From positions 3,392,001 through 3,456,000 of the forward strand of contig OY970325.1 of assembly GCA_963717145.1 (NCBI GenBank): 64,000 bases of DNA, given 5' to 3'. The DNA is from an uncultured Armatimonadetes bacterium. Its GTDB lineage: Bacteria > Armatimonadota > UBA5829 > DTJY01. The translations under genes and the position numbers were made by a program. The notes beneath the pieces are model-generated. The model saw only the letters and a list, made by a program, of their open reading frames with translations, did no database searches and was not told the origin of the DNA. Positions 10,172 to 18,614 of the stretch are shown here, in pieces. Each line of letters opens with the position of its first letter. Positions within the stretch are counted from its first letter, which is position 1.

Positions 10172-10313
10172 GAGAACACAGATTACACAGATTGCGGAGG
10201 ATCACACAGAATGGAGAAAAGGGGGATCGGGAGATCCGGATCCCCCACTCACACAATCCCGTTCAGCATTCCATCTGTGCTATCTGTGTTTCATCTGTTC
10301 CATCTGTGTTCTA
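10172..10313. repeat. GAACAC...GTGTTC palindromic element
   Basis: gagaacacagattacacagatt ... atctgtgctatctgtgtttcatctgttccatctgtgttcta. Confidence 0.85.
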
Positions 10314-11108
10314 ATGTATCCCAAATATGCGTGCTGCGTTGAGGCCGAAGACCTTGCGCTTGTCGTCGTCGCTGATCTTCGCGAAGGCGACTCGCCCGAC
10401 CTGCGGACGGATGTCGATGAACGGCAGGTCGGTCCCGAATAGCACCCTTTCCGCGCCGAGACGGTTGACCATCCGCTCGAGTGTTCCATAGACGATGACG
10501 GAGCCGGTGATCTCGCAGTACAGGTTCGGGAACTTCAGACATGCCTCGATACACTGATCTGCGCCCTCCGAGCCGAAGCCCGAGTGCCCGAGCAGGATCG
10601 AGACATTCGGGTACATATCCGCCAGTTTCTCGAACGTCTTGATCGGGTTCCGTCCGCCGACGCCGGAATGCGAGAGGAGCGGGAGCTTCCGCTCGTTCGT
10701 CCACTCCCAGACGGCGCGGTACTTGTCATCGTCCACATTGGTCTGATGCAGGTCCGGATGGAGCTTGACGCCGACCATACCCGCCCCGACACAACGCTCC
10801 AGTTCGGCGATCAACTCCGACTCGGGGTAGTTCGGATTGACGGTCGCGTAACCGTAGATCCGACCCGGGAAGTCGGTCATCGCCTGCAGGACTTCGTCGT
10901 TGCCGAATCGGAAATCGGGTGCGATGGCGGCGTGGTGCGCGGCGACACATGCCCTCACTCCCAGGCGGTCCATCCATCGGACCATGTCGGCACCACTCGG
11001 CGCCGGGACGTTGAAGTTGGAGTAGTACCCCATGTGGCAGTGGGCATCTATCACCAGCTCATCGGTCAGGGGAATCCCCTGCAAAACCTTTTGTTGTAGC
11101 TCAGACAT
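10311..11108 (-). CDS. Amidohydrolase (Amidohydro_2 type)
   Basis: IDAHCH, GVKLHP, LLGHSG, VLFGTDLP. Confidence 0.9.
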   Translation of the reverse strand: MSELQQKVLQGIPLTDELVIDAHCHMGYYSNFNVPAPSGADMVRWMDRLGVRACVAAHHAAIAPDFRFGNDEVLQAMTDFPGRIYGYATVNPNYPESELIAELERCVGAGMVGVKLHPDLHQTNVDDDKYRAVWEWTNERKLPLLSHSGVGGRNPIKTFEKLADMYPNVSILLGHSGFGSEGADQCIEACLKFPNLYCEITGSVIVYGTLERMVNRLGAERVLFGTDLPFIDIRPQVGRVAFAKISDDDKRKVFGLNAARIFGIH

Positions 11109-11122
11109 ATTGCTCTAACCCT

Positions 11123-11260
11123 TAGAACACAGATGGCACGGATGGGAAGGGATGATGGGGATGGGGAATAGGGAATGGTTTATGGTTGGCACACTGAACC
11201 ACTAACAATTCCCCATCCCATCTGTTCCATCCTCTGCCATCTGTGTTATCTGTGTTCTCA
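11123..11260. repeat. GAACAC...GTGTTC palindromic element with nested GGGGAT/GGGAAT repeats
   Basis: tagaacacagatggcacggatgg ... ccatctgtgttatctgtgttctca. Confidence 0.85.
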
Positions 11261-12007
11261 TCCTTCCCACCTCAGCAGTGAGCGCAGGGTGTCGCCGGCG
11301 ATGAGGCGCTTGTCGGCATCGCTGATGTCGGCGTAGGTGATCTGCGCGATCGACGGACCGGCCTCGGTGACCGGAAGCCCCGATCCGAAGAGCAGCCGCC
11401 CTGCCCCGAACCGCCCGCAGACCTCCTCGATCCCGGACGGAACCGCATACGTCGCCACGTCAATCCGCAGGTTCTCGTACTTCTCCATCAGCGGGTACAT
11501 CATCCGGTCGCCTCGGTATGAGGGCTTGAGCAGACAGAGGTTGAGCTTCGGATGCGCCATTAGGAGGTCCGCCACGATATCCCAGTTCGTCTGGTCCATA
11601 TCGAGAAAGAGCGGGATCCGGTGTCCCTCCAGCATGTCGAGCAGATCGCCCGCGCACCAATCCGAGAGCCGCCATGAATGCGCGACAGGGAACGCGCGAA
11701 CAGCCCGGACGCCCGCCTGCTTCATCTGCGCGAGCAGATCGTCAGGTCCGGGCATCTCATCGGTATGATGCGGCATGACGACCCAGCAGGCATGCATGGC
11801 ATCTCGCCCTCTGGTCTCATCGAGGAGCATCTGGTTCCCGACCTTGGGCGCGTATTCCTTCGCCATCGAGTGCATCACGAGCGCCTCGGAGATGCCGACG
11901 CGCGCCATCTCGTCCGCGAGCGCATCCGCGGTCGTGAACGCCTCCGGGTGCTTGACCCCGTATCGCCCGATCTGGGCATTGCAGTCGAAGAAGCTCGGTT
12001 CACTCAT
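11258..12007 (-). CDS. Amidohydrolase-like protein with degenerate metal ligands
   Basis: FFDCNAQIG and LLFGSGLP in place of DxHxH and FGTD. Confidence 0.75.
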   Translation of the reverse strand: MSEPSFFDCNAQIGRYGVKHPEAFTTADALADEMARVGISEALVMHSMAKEYAPKVGNQMLLDETRGRDAMHACWVVMPHHTDEMPGPDDLLAQMKQAGVRAVRAFPVAHSWRLSDWCAGDLLDMLEGHRIPLFLDMDQTNWDIVADLLMAHPKLNLCLLKPSYRGDRMMYPLMEKYENLRIDVATYAVPSGIEEVCGRFGAGRLLFGSGLPVTEAGPSIAQITYADISDADKRLIAGDTLRSLLRWEG

Positions 12008-12018
12008 ATTCAAACCTT

Positions 12019-12184
12019 GGAACACAGATGACGCAGATTGGAGAAGATGACACGGAAAGCGCTTCCTATCAGGAAACCAGGAAACAAGGAATCAAGAAGA
12101 GTGTTCTTCCTTCCTGCTTTGCTGGCTTCCTCATAGAATTCCATCTGTTCCATCCGCTTCTCCATCTGTGTGATCTGTGTTCTA
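12019..12184. repeat. GAACAC...GTGTTC element containing a nested CAGGAA/TTCCTG element (12066-12136)
   Basis: ggaacacagatgacgcagatt [ctatcaggaaaccagg...ctggcttcctcatag] ccatctgtgtgatctgtgttcta. Confidence 0.85.
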
Positions 12185-13405
12185 CAACAGCTCCCCCACG
12201 TTTGCCTTGATCTTGACGATCGCGGCGGCGATGTCGTCCATGTCGGACTTCGGGCCGAGGAGTTGGTTCTGGCCGAGCCAGACCGCCTCGTTCGCGCAGG
12301 CGTTCTCCGCGACCGGGCAGCAGACCTGGGCGTAGTCCATCTTCCGACCCGCGAAACTGCATTCGATCGGGCAGCCGTCGAAGTAGAACATCTGCTCCTT
12401 GTAAAGCGGCACGTATCCGGCGGAGCATCCGATGCCCTCCGCGTTCAGCGCCTGGAGGAACTTCTCCCTCGGGACGTCCTGGAACGCGGCGGCAATGTAT
12501 CGGAATACGTACAGGTGATAGGCGTGCGTCGTCACCCTGGGATCTCGCTTGAGCGGGTTGATGCCCTCGATCCCGGAGAGCAGGCTGTCGAGGTAGAGCG
12601 CATTCTCCTCGCGGGTCTTCATCTGCCCTTCGAGCCGCTTCATCTGGGCAAGCAGGATCGCGCCCTGGAACTCGGTCATGCGCAGGTTGCTCCCGAGGAC
12701 GTGGTGCTCGTACCATCTGCCTTCGGGGACTCGCCCGCAGTTGTGGATCGACCATGCCGCCGAGTAGACCTTCGGGTCGTTCGTGACTACGATGCCGCCC
12801 TCGCCCGAGTTCAGGTTCTTGCTCGACTGGAAGCTGAACGTGCCCGCGTCGCCGAGCGCGCCGATCCGCTTGCCGTTCCATGCAGCCCCATGCGCCTGTG
12901 CGGCGTCCTCGACGACTTTCAGGCCGTGCTTCTTCGCGACCGCCAGGATGCCGTCCATGTCCGCCGGACCGCCGCCGATGTGAACCGCGAGGATCGCCTT
13001 CGTTTTCGGAGTGATCGCGGCTTCGATCTTGGCGGGATCGAGGTTGTATGTGTCATCGTCGATGTCGACGAAGACGGGGATCGCGTTGACCATCAGCACG
13101 GCGCTGGCGGAGGCGATGAACGTGTATGGCGGGACGATTACCTCGTCGCCCGCCCTGACGCCGACCGCCCGGAGAGCGACTTCGAGCGCCGAGGTGCCGT
13201 TCGTCACGCAGACGCCGTACTCAGCGTCCTGGAATGCGGCGAACTTCTTCTCGAACTCGTCGATCTTCCCGCCCGTGAGGCAGCCCCAGTGTCCCGATCG
13301 GACGACCTCCTCCAGTGCCTTGACCTCTGTGTCATCGAAAACCGGCCAACCCGGGAATGGTTTCGTGCGCGTCTTCTCTCCGCCGTTCATCGCCAGTTGC
13401 GCCAT
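12182..13405 (-). CDS. DegT/DnrJ/EryC1/StrS PLP aminotransferase
   Basis: NGTSAL, EDAAQAHGA, FSFQSSKNLNSGEGG; RBS aaggag. Confidence 0.92.
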   Translation of the reverse strand: MAQLAMNGGEKTRTKPFPGWPVFDDTEVKALEEVVRSGHWGCLTGGKIDEFEKKFAAFQDAEYGVCVTNGTSALEVALRAVGVRAGDEVIVPPYTFIASASAVLMVNAIPVFVDIDDDTYNLDPAKIEAAITPKTKAILAVHIGGGPADMDGILAVAKKHGLKVVEDAAQAHGAAWNGKRIGALGDAGTFSFQSSKNLNSGEGGIVVTNDPKVYSAAWSIHNCGRVPEGRWYEHHVLGSNLRMTEFQGAILLAQMKRLEGQMKTREENALYLDSLLSGIEGINPLKRDPRVTTHAYHLYVFRYIAAAFQDVPREKFLQALNAEGIGCSAGYVPLYKEQMFYFDGCPIECSFAGRKMDYAQVCCPVAENACANEAVWLGQNQLLGPKSDMDDIAAAIVKIKANVGELL

Positions 13406-13534
13406 CGCAATCGCTCCTTGAGTCAAGATATCGGCCACCAAGTCAGGCGGCTTGGTATATGTTCAACACTCGCGCGGCACTTCCTCCGGGGGATTGCGGA
13501 ACCACGGAGGCACGGAGGACACGGAGAAGAACAT

Positions 13535-14407
13535 TCAGTGAAGCTCAGACACGGAGCGGGCGATGCGGGCGAAGTCGTCGAGGGAGAGCGTCTCTGCGCG
13601 GAGGGTCGGATCTATGTCGGCATCCTGGAGCACGCGGGCGACCTGCTCTTTCGAGAGGCCGAGCGCCGGGCAGTCGGACAGGCTGTTCAGGAGCGTCTTC
13701 CGCCGCTTCCCAAACCCGCAGTGTACCAGATCGAAGAACAACTCCTCGCTCGGCACATCGACCGGTGCCTCGGACCTCGGGTGGAGTCGCACGATCGCGC
13801 TCTCGACCTCGGGCGGCGGAAGGAAGACGTTCTTCGAGACGTGAGCGATGATCTCGACTTCGGCGTAGAACTGCACGAAGATGCTCATCGAGCCGTAGTC
13901 CCTCGTGCCGGGAGACGCATGGAGGCGCTCGCCGACCTCCTTCTGCACAGTCAGGATCAACCGCTCGATCCGATCCCGAACGGCGAGCGTCTCGGTGATG
14001 ATCGGGCTGGTGATGTAGTACGGGAGGTTGCCGATGACCTTGATCTTCGAGTCGCCGTAGTGGTCGGCGAGGAACTGTGGCAGGTCCAGGCGTAGGATGT
14101 CCGCGTTGACGACCTCCAGGTTCGGACGGTCCGGCAGGACCTCCTGCAGGACGGCGATCAGGTAAGGGTCGATCTCGACGGCGACCACCTTCGCCCCGCG
14201 CTCGACGATCGCCTGGGTGAGCGTACCGGCGCCGGGCCCGATCTCGAGGACGGGATCGCCCTCATGGATGTCGGCGGCGTCGATGATCTTGTTGACGATG
14301 TTCCGGTCGACGAGGAAATTCTGGCCGAACCGCTTCCTGGCGCGGAATTCGTGCCTTCGGAGGAGTTCCTTCAGTTGTGCGGGCGACGTCAGGTCAATGG
14401 GAGGCAT
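13535..14407 (-). CDS. rsmA: 16S rRNA A1518/A1519 dimethyltransferase
   Basis: KRFGQNFL, LEIGPGAG, GNLPYYITSP, RRKTLLNSL, RAETLS. Confidence 0.97.
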   Translation of the reverse strand: MPPIDLTSPAQLKELLRRHEFRARKRFGQNFLVDRNIVNKIIDAADIHEGDPVLEIGPGAGTLTQAIVERGAKVVAVEIDPYLIAVLQEVLPDRPNLEVVNADILRLDLPQFLADHYGDSKIKVIGNLPYYITSPIITETLAVRDRIERLILTVQKEVGERLHASPGTRDYGSMSIFVQFYAEVEIIAHVSKNVFLPPPEVESAIVRLHPRSEAPVDVPSEELFFDLVHCGFGKRRKTLLNSLSDCPALGLSKEQVARVLQDADIDPTLRAETLSLDDFARIARSVSELH

Positions 14408-14499
14408 GGTTGATGGTTGATGGTTCATGGGGAATCGGGAATGGTTGAGGCGGGATGAGTCTGCCATTGACCATTAACCATCAGCCATCAACCATTCCC
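14408..14499. repeat. 7-nt tandem-repeat hairpin (TGATGGT)n...(ACCATCA)n
   Basis: ggttgatggttgatggttcatgg ... ccattgaccattaaccatcagccatcaacc fills the gap upstream of rsmA. Confidence 0.75.
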
Positions 14500-15339
14500 T
14501 TACCTAAGAACGTGAACGGTTACGTACTTGCGGCCGAAGCGGATCGCCTCCCCGTAGGTGTTGTAGCAGAGGTCGATCTTGTTGCCCTTGATCGCGCCAC
14601 CAGTGTCGGCGGCGATGCAGTAACCATAGCCCTCGACGTAGAGCCTTGTGCCGAGCCGGATCACGCGCGGGTCAACGGCGACTACGCCTTTGCCGGCGTG
14701 CATGCCGTTCGCGCAGTGGCCGGTCGCCCTCGGTCCGCAGCTTCTCGGGCCGGGATCGTAGGCGGTGGCGAGCATTCTGAGCGTTCTCACCCGCGTCCCG
14801 CCACGCGACGTGAGTTCCTGTCTCTGCGAGCTAGCGACAATTTGGTCTTTCGGCTGCCTGATAACCTTTACCTCAAGCGTCTGCACGGTACTCTGGACGC
14901 CGTCCTTGTAGAAGATCCGGAGCTTGACTTCCTTCTCGCCGGGCTCGCCCTTCCGGAAGACTGCGTTGGCGCCTCTGTGCCGAGGGTCATACTTTACGAC
15001 CGTCTCGAACGGCACCGGTCGCTTTGTCGTGACGACCTTCTCCTCGATTCGAGTTATCCGAATCGTCATGCCGGTCACAACCTCGGTGTCGAGCTTGTAA
15101 CTGCACCGGTCGAGCTTGCCGAGCGTAACGCCGGCTTCCTTGAGGACTCCGCCCACTGTATCCGCGGTGGAGACATACTCCCACTCCTGACCGTCCGCAA
15201 GGATCGTAACCTTGATGGCGGAACCGCTCTGCGCGGTGACAACAGCGCCGAGGACAACTATCAGTGCAATCAATAGTGCAAGGCCGAAACGCCGCCTTGC
15301 CGCTCGTAGATTCTTTAGAATCAAGTATATCGCCTCCAT
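14500..15339 (-). CDS. YabE/RpfB-like cell-wall protein (DUF348 + G5 + 3D domains)
   Basis: TM anchor, TVGGVLKEAGV, G5 GEPGEKE, 3D ATAY...VAVDPRVIRLGT...AADTGGAIKGNKID; upstream of rsmA. Confidence 0.9.
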   Translation of the reverse strand: MEAIYLILKNLRAARRRFGLALLIALIVVLGAVVTAQSGSAIKVTILADGQEWEYVSTADTVGGVLKEAGVTLGKLDRCSYKLDTEVVTGMTIRITRIEEKVVTTKRPVPFETVVKYDPRHRGANAVFRKGEPGEKEVKLRIFYKDGVQSTVQTLEVKVIRQPKDQIVASSQRQELTSRGGTRVRTLRMLATAYDPGPRSCGPRATGHCANGMHAGKGVVAVDPRVIRLGTRLYVEGYGYCIAADTGGAIKGNKIDLCYNTYGEAIRFGRKYVTVHVLR

Positions 15340-15512
15340 CCGGCGGTCGGATTACCCACAAAGACACGCGCACAAAACATCACATTGGGAAAAATGATGG
15401 CTGGAATCTGCGACACCGCGCATATGTGTCAGGTGGCACACGGTGTCCTGGTGGGCTTGAGAACCGTATTCGGATTTGACCTGCAGATTGTCCGCCCGCC
15501 ATGGGACGGGCG
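15340..15512 (-). promoter_or_regulatory. Structured 5' leader, candidate RNA switch
   Basis: Hairpin CCGCCCG/CGGGCGG, long-range AAUCUGC/GCAGAUU, mutually exclusive partners for GACACCGUG; no known riboswitch recognised. Confidence 0.45.
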
Positions 15513-15516
15513 GGTC

Positions 15517-15545
15517 ATTCTAACACATGCCGTCTGCTAAGTCAA
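15517..15545 (-). promoter_or_regulatory. Sigma70 promoter of the G5-3D/rsmA unit
   Basis: TTGACT-17-TAGAAT with extended TG. Confidence 0.75.
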
Positions 15546-15684
15546 ACAACCGCTTTGGTGTGTGTGGATAATCGCGTCCCCTACTGAGTTGCTGGTTCGC
15601 AGTGCTGCCGAAAACCGCAATTCCCTTTCATTATGGGCGTCAACGCGGCTATCTGGAGGTTTTTCCCGGTGTTTCTGCCGGGAT

Positions 15685-15747
15685 GCGGGAGGGCGAGGCT
15701 CCGTCCGAGCCACAAGTGGCGGCTCGGACGGAGCCTCGCCCTCCCGC
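15685..15747. repeat. REP doublet GGGAGGGCGAGGCTCC family
   Basis: gcgggagggcgaggctccgtccgagcc-9-ggctcggacggagcctcgccctcccgc. Confidence 0.85.
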
Positions 15748-15758
15748 CAAACAAGGCG

Positions 15759-15796
15759 AAAAAACGGCCCGGACGCCTGCAATACGTCCGGGCCGT
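15759..15796 (-). terminator. Intrinsic terminator
   Basis: 12-bp stem ACGGCCCGGACG/CGUCCGGGCCGU followed by a U-run on the minus strand. Confidence 0.85.
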
Positions 15797-15910
15797 GGGA
15801 GACGGAACAGATCGGATAGGGAAGGAGAGTCCATCCGACCGTTCCCTGGGATTTGCACTTCAGCGCACAATAGCCCGATCGCCGGTCCGGCGACCCTGCT
15901 ACGGCTGAGT
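15759..15910 (-). ncRNA. Candidate ~150-nt small RNA
   Basis: Lies between a near-consensus promoter and a terminator; three hairpins plus terminator; no credible ORF. Confidence 0.55.
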
Positions 15911-15916
15911 TAAGAG

Positions 15917-15945
15917 ATTGTAAACCATAGCCCCGATAATGTCAA
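15917..15945 (-). promoter_or_regulatory. Sigma70 promoter
   Basis: TTGACA-17-TACAAT. Confidence 0.8.
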
Positions 15946-15986
15946 GAGAAACTCAGCAGCAGGCAGGGCGAACGCATCAAAACACA

Positions 15987-16086
15987 ACGATGCCTCGGTA
16001 GCAGAGGCCCGGCGGCGCTGCCGAAGCATGTCACGACACCGTGGTGCTTCGGCAGCGCCGCCGGGCCTCTGCTACCGAAGCATCGT
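15987..16086. repeat. Long inverted repeat (42-bp arms, 1 mismatch)
   Basis: acgatgcctcggtagcagaggcccggcggcgctgccgaagca and its reverse complement. Confidence 0.85.
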
Positions 16087-16179
16087 ACTCCCGAATCGAG
16101 ACGATTGGATGCGTTCGCCCTGAGCGGCAGGGGAGTTGGGCCTGGTTGGCGAATACCCAGAGAGGGATTTGATGCCATT

Positions 16180-17612
16180 GTGAAGCAAGTCGCGCTCGTG
16201 AATCCGAACCGGCTTTGGCCGGGAGTTGCTCCCATTGCACTCGACTACCTGGCGGCGGAACTCGACCGCCGGGGGATCGGCGTGCGGATCCTCGACCTCT
16301 GTCACGCCAGGAAGCCCCTCGACGCCATCCGCTCGTTCTTCAGCGAGAACAGCCCCGACCTGATCGGCATCTCGATCCGCAACATGGACGATGTCGTCTA
16401 CAATTGCTTCCTCGCGCGGGAGATGAAGGTCCTGGTCGACGAGATCAAGCGGTGCACAACCGCGCCGATCGTCCTCGGCGGGAGCGGGTTCTCGATCGCG
16501 CCCGAGTTGCTGCTCGACTTCTTCGACGTCGATCTGGGCGTCGTCGGCGAGGGCGAGGAGGCGATTGCACTATTGGTGGAGCGGCTCCAAGAGCCGCTCG
16601 ATCCCGAGACGACTCCCCAGACTGGACCCCGACGATCTCAGGCGACTCCGTCGCCGGCGGCCGGCGACGGAGTCGCCTGAGATCGTCGGGGGTCCAGTCT
16701 GGGGACATCCCTGGACTGATCAGCCGAGCGGAAGGCGATTTCCAGCGGAATGAGCCCGGGTGCATGGACACGGGATGCCTGCACGTCTCGAAGCGCGCGT
16801 GGATTAGGCATTCGAGCTACATATATAAGGACGGGAGGAAGGGCAGCGCGGGCGTCCAGACCAAGCGCGGATGCCCGAACCGGTGCATCTACTGCGTCGT
16901 GCCGAACATCGAGGGCCGGACGGTCCGGCTGCGCGATCCGAAAGATATCGCCGATGAGATGGAGAACCTCGCGGCGGCCGGTGTGAAGCGCATCTTCCTC
17001 GCCGACAGCGAGTTGAACTACCCTCTGGAGCATGCGATGGGCGTCTGCGAGGAGATCATCAACAGGGGACTCCCGGATCGTGTCACCTGGCAGGCATATG
17101 CGTCGCCGGGGGACTTCGATGTCCGGCTGGCGAAGTTGATGAAGGAGGCGGGCTGCGACCTGCTGATCACGACATTCGACAGCGGCGACGACTCGATCCT
17201 CGAGCGGCTCGGCAAGCCGTTCCGCACCGAGGACACGGTCGCGACCATTCGAGCGATCCAGGAGGCGGGGCTGAACGCGCCCTGCTGCCTGACGCTCGGC
17301 GGTCCGGGCGAGACGATGGATACGCTGCTCAAGACGCTGCAGTTTGCCCAGTCACTCAAGCCGATGCACGTGACTTGGGGCGAGCCGCCTGGACTCCGCA
17401 TCTATCCTGATACGCCGCTCGCCGACATCGTGCGCGAGGAGGGGTTCACTCCGTCGAACCGCAACCTGCGCGGGAAGATCAGGGGCAACGAGGACTTCCT
17501 CGAGCCGGTGTACTACATGTTGGCGGGGATGGGCGTCCTGATCCCGATGATCCAGGCCTGGCGTAAGGTTGGCGAGTGGCACCATCGGCTGGCGGCGGGG
17601 AAACACGAATAG
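16180..17612 (+). CDS. B12-binding radical SAM enzyme (TsrM-like class B methyltransferase); 1-nt frameshift near 16630 and palindrome insert
   Basis: VALVNPN..P.VAPIALDYL, IGISIRNMD, VGEGEEA in frame 1; RGCPNRCIYC in frame 3. Confidence 0.85.
16634..16684. repeat. 51-bp perfect palindrome, copy 1 (extended to 16614-16705)
   Basis: gatctcaggcgactccgtcgccggc-g-gccggcgacggagtcgcctgagatc. Confidence 0.95.
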
Positions 17613-17627
17613 CACGAATGGACGAAT
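17598..17627. repeat. Left arm of a long-range inverted repeat (partner 21180-21209)
   Basis: gggaaacacgaatagcacgaatggacgaat; 27/30 match to the reverse complement of the partner. Confidence 0.75.
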
Positions 17628-17747
17628 GATTCGGGAAAAGCCGGCATGTTGGAATGCGCTGACTTTGGTGAATAGGCGGTAGGTCATGCTGCCAAGGGAC
17701 CGGCACACGAATGGGATGGCAAATGTCCTCCGTTAGGTGGTGATCAT

Positions 17748-18488
17748 ATGTGGGAACCGGGAGAACGGATGGAACGAGAGCCACTGGAGCCGTTGTGGGA
17801 GAACGAGGAAGAGCCCGACTTCGAGAAGGAGTACTGGGATGAATATGACTGGGAGCGGATGTTTGCTCTCAATGACCGCAAGGTCGACGAACTGATCAAG
17901 TTCGAGAAGGTCTTCCACGATTCGGACATGAAGAGCCGCGATCTGGAGTTGCTGGGCTACGAGGAGTGCGACCACAATTGCCCCGATTGCGGGAAGCGGC
18001 ATTCCTGCTGGGAGTTTCAAGAGAAGCTGGCGGCGGAGTCACGGGAAGCCACCGGCACGCCCGAGCCCATCGACAGGGAGGAATATCAGCGGGAGAACTT
18101 CCGCGAGTCGCCCCTCTACCGGCTGTGCTTTGATTTCGGCATGAGAGTCCATGACTTCCTCAAACCATACCGGGAAGAGCAGTATGACGAAGACCCGGCC
18201 CTCTTGCAGCTTGCGGAGAACTGGGGTATCCCCGGCGCAAAGATCGCGGGCGCCAGCGCGTTTGGACTCAGACCGGACTCGATCGGCGGGAACATCGCGA
18301 ACTGCAAGCGGGCGGCGACGGCTCTGAGCAAGTGCGTAGAGGCGCTGGGAAAGCTGTCCGAACGGCCCGAATGCGGCAAGGAGGCCGAGGAACTCAGGCG
18401 GGCAGGACAGGAGGCGCTCTGTATGCTGCACGCCCGGATTGAGGAGCTACGCGTCGAGGCCCGGCGTCTCTGGGGCTTGGAGCCGTGA
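17748..18488 (+). CDS. Hypothetical protein: acidic N-terminus, Cys cluster, helical C-terminal domain
   Basis: CDHNCPDCGKRHSC; IPGAKIAGA...GGNIANCKRA. Confidence 0.7.
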   Translation: MWEPGERMEREPLEPLWENEEEPDFEKEYWDEYDWERMFALNDRKVDELIKFEKVFHDSDMKSRDLELLGYEECDHNCPDCGKRHSCWEFQEKLAAESREATGTPEPIDREEYQRENFRESPLYRLCFDFGMRVHDFLKPYREEQYDEDPALLQLAENWGIPGAKIAGASAFGLRPDSIGGNIANCKRAATALSKCVEALGKLSERPECGKEAEELRRAGQEALCMLHARIEELRVEARRLWGLEP

Positions 18489-18499
18489 CGTCAAAGGCA

Positions 18500-18604
18500 T
18501 GATGTTGAAGCATCATGCTACCCTGGAGAAGCATGCTGAAGCAAGCTGGCATGGTAACAGCTTGCTTCAGCATGCTTTGGCAGTAGCCTGATGCTTTAAC
18601 ATCA
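18500..18604. repeat. Imperfect long palindrome
   Basis: Core aagcatgctgaagcaagctg/cagcttgcttcagcatgctt plus outer arms. Confidence 0.75.
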
Positions 18605-18614
18605 GGGAGGCAAC

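Noticed and set aside
8714-12184. Canonical integron cassette array
   Set aside because: Ends are not RYYYAAC/GTTRRRY, there is no integrase, and the genes form a coherent operon
15430-15485. tRNA-Sec-like fragments (tcctggtgggc, tcaaatccg)
   Set aside because: They lie on opposite strands and form no cloverleaf or T-loop
17960-18010. CxxxCxxC as a second radical SAM enzyme
   Set aside because: No barrel or SAM-binding motifs, and the protein is too short
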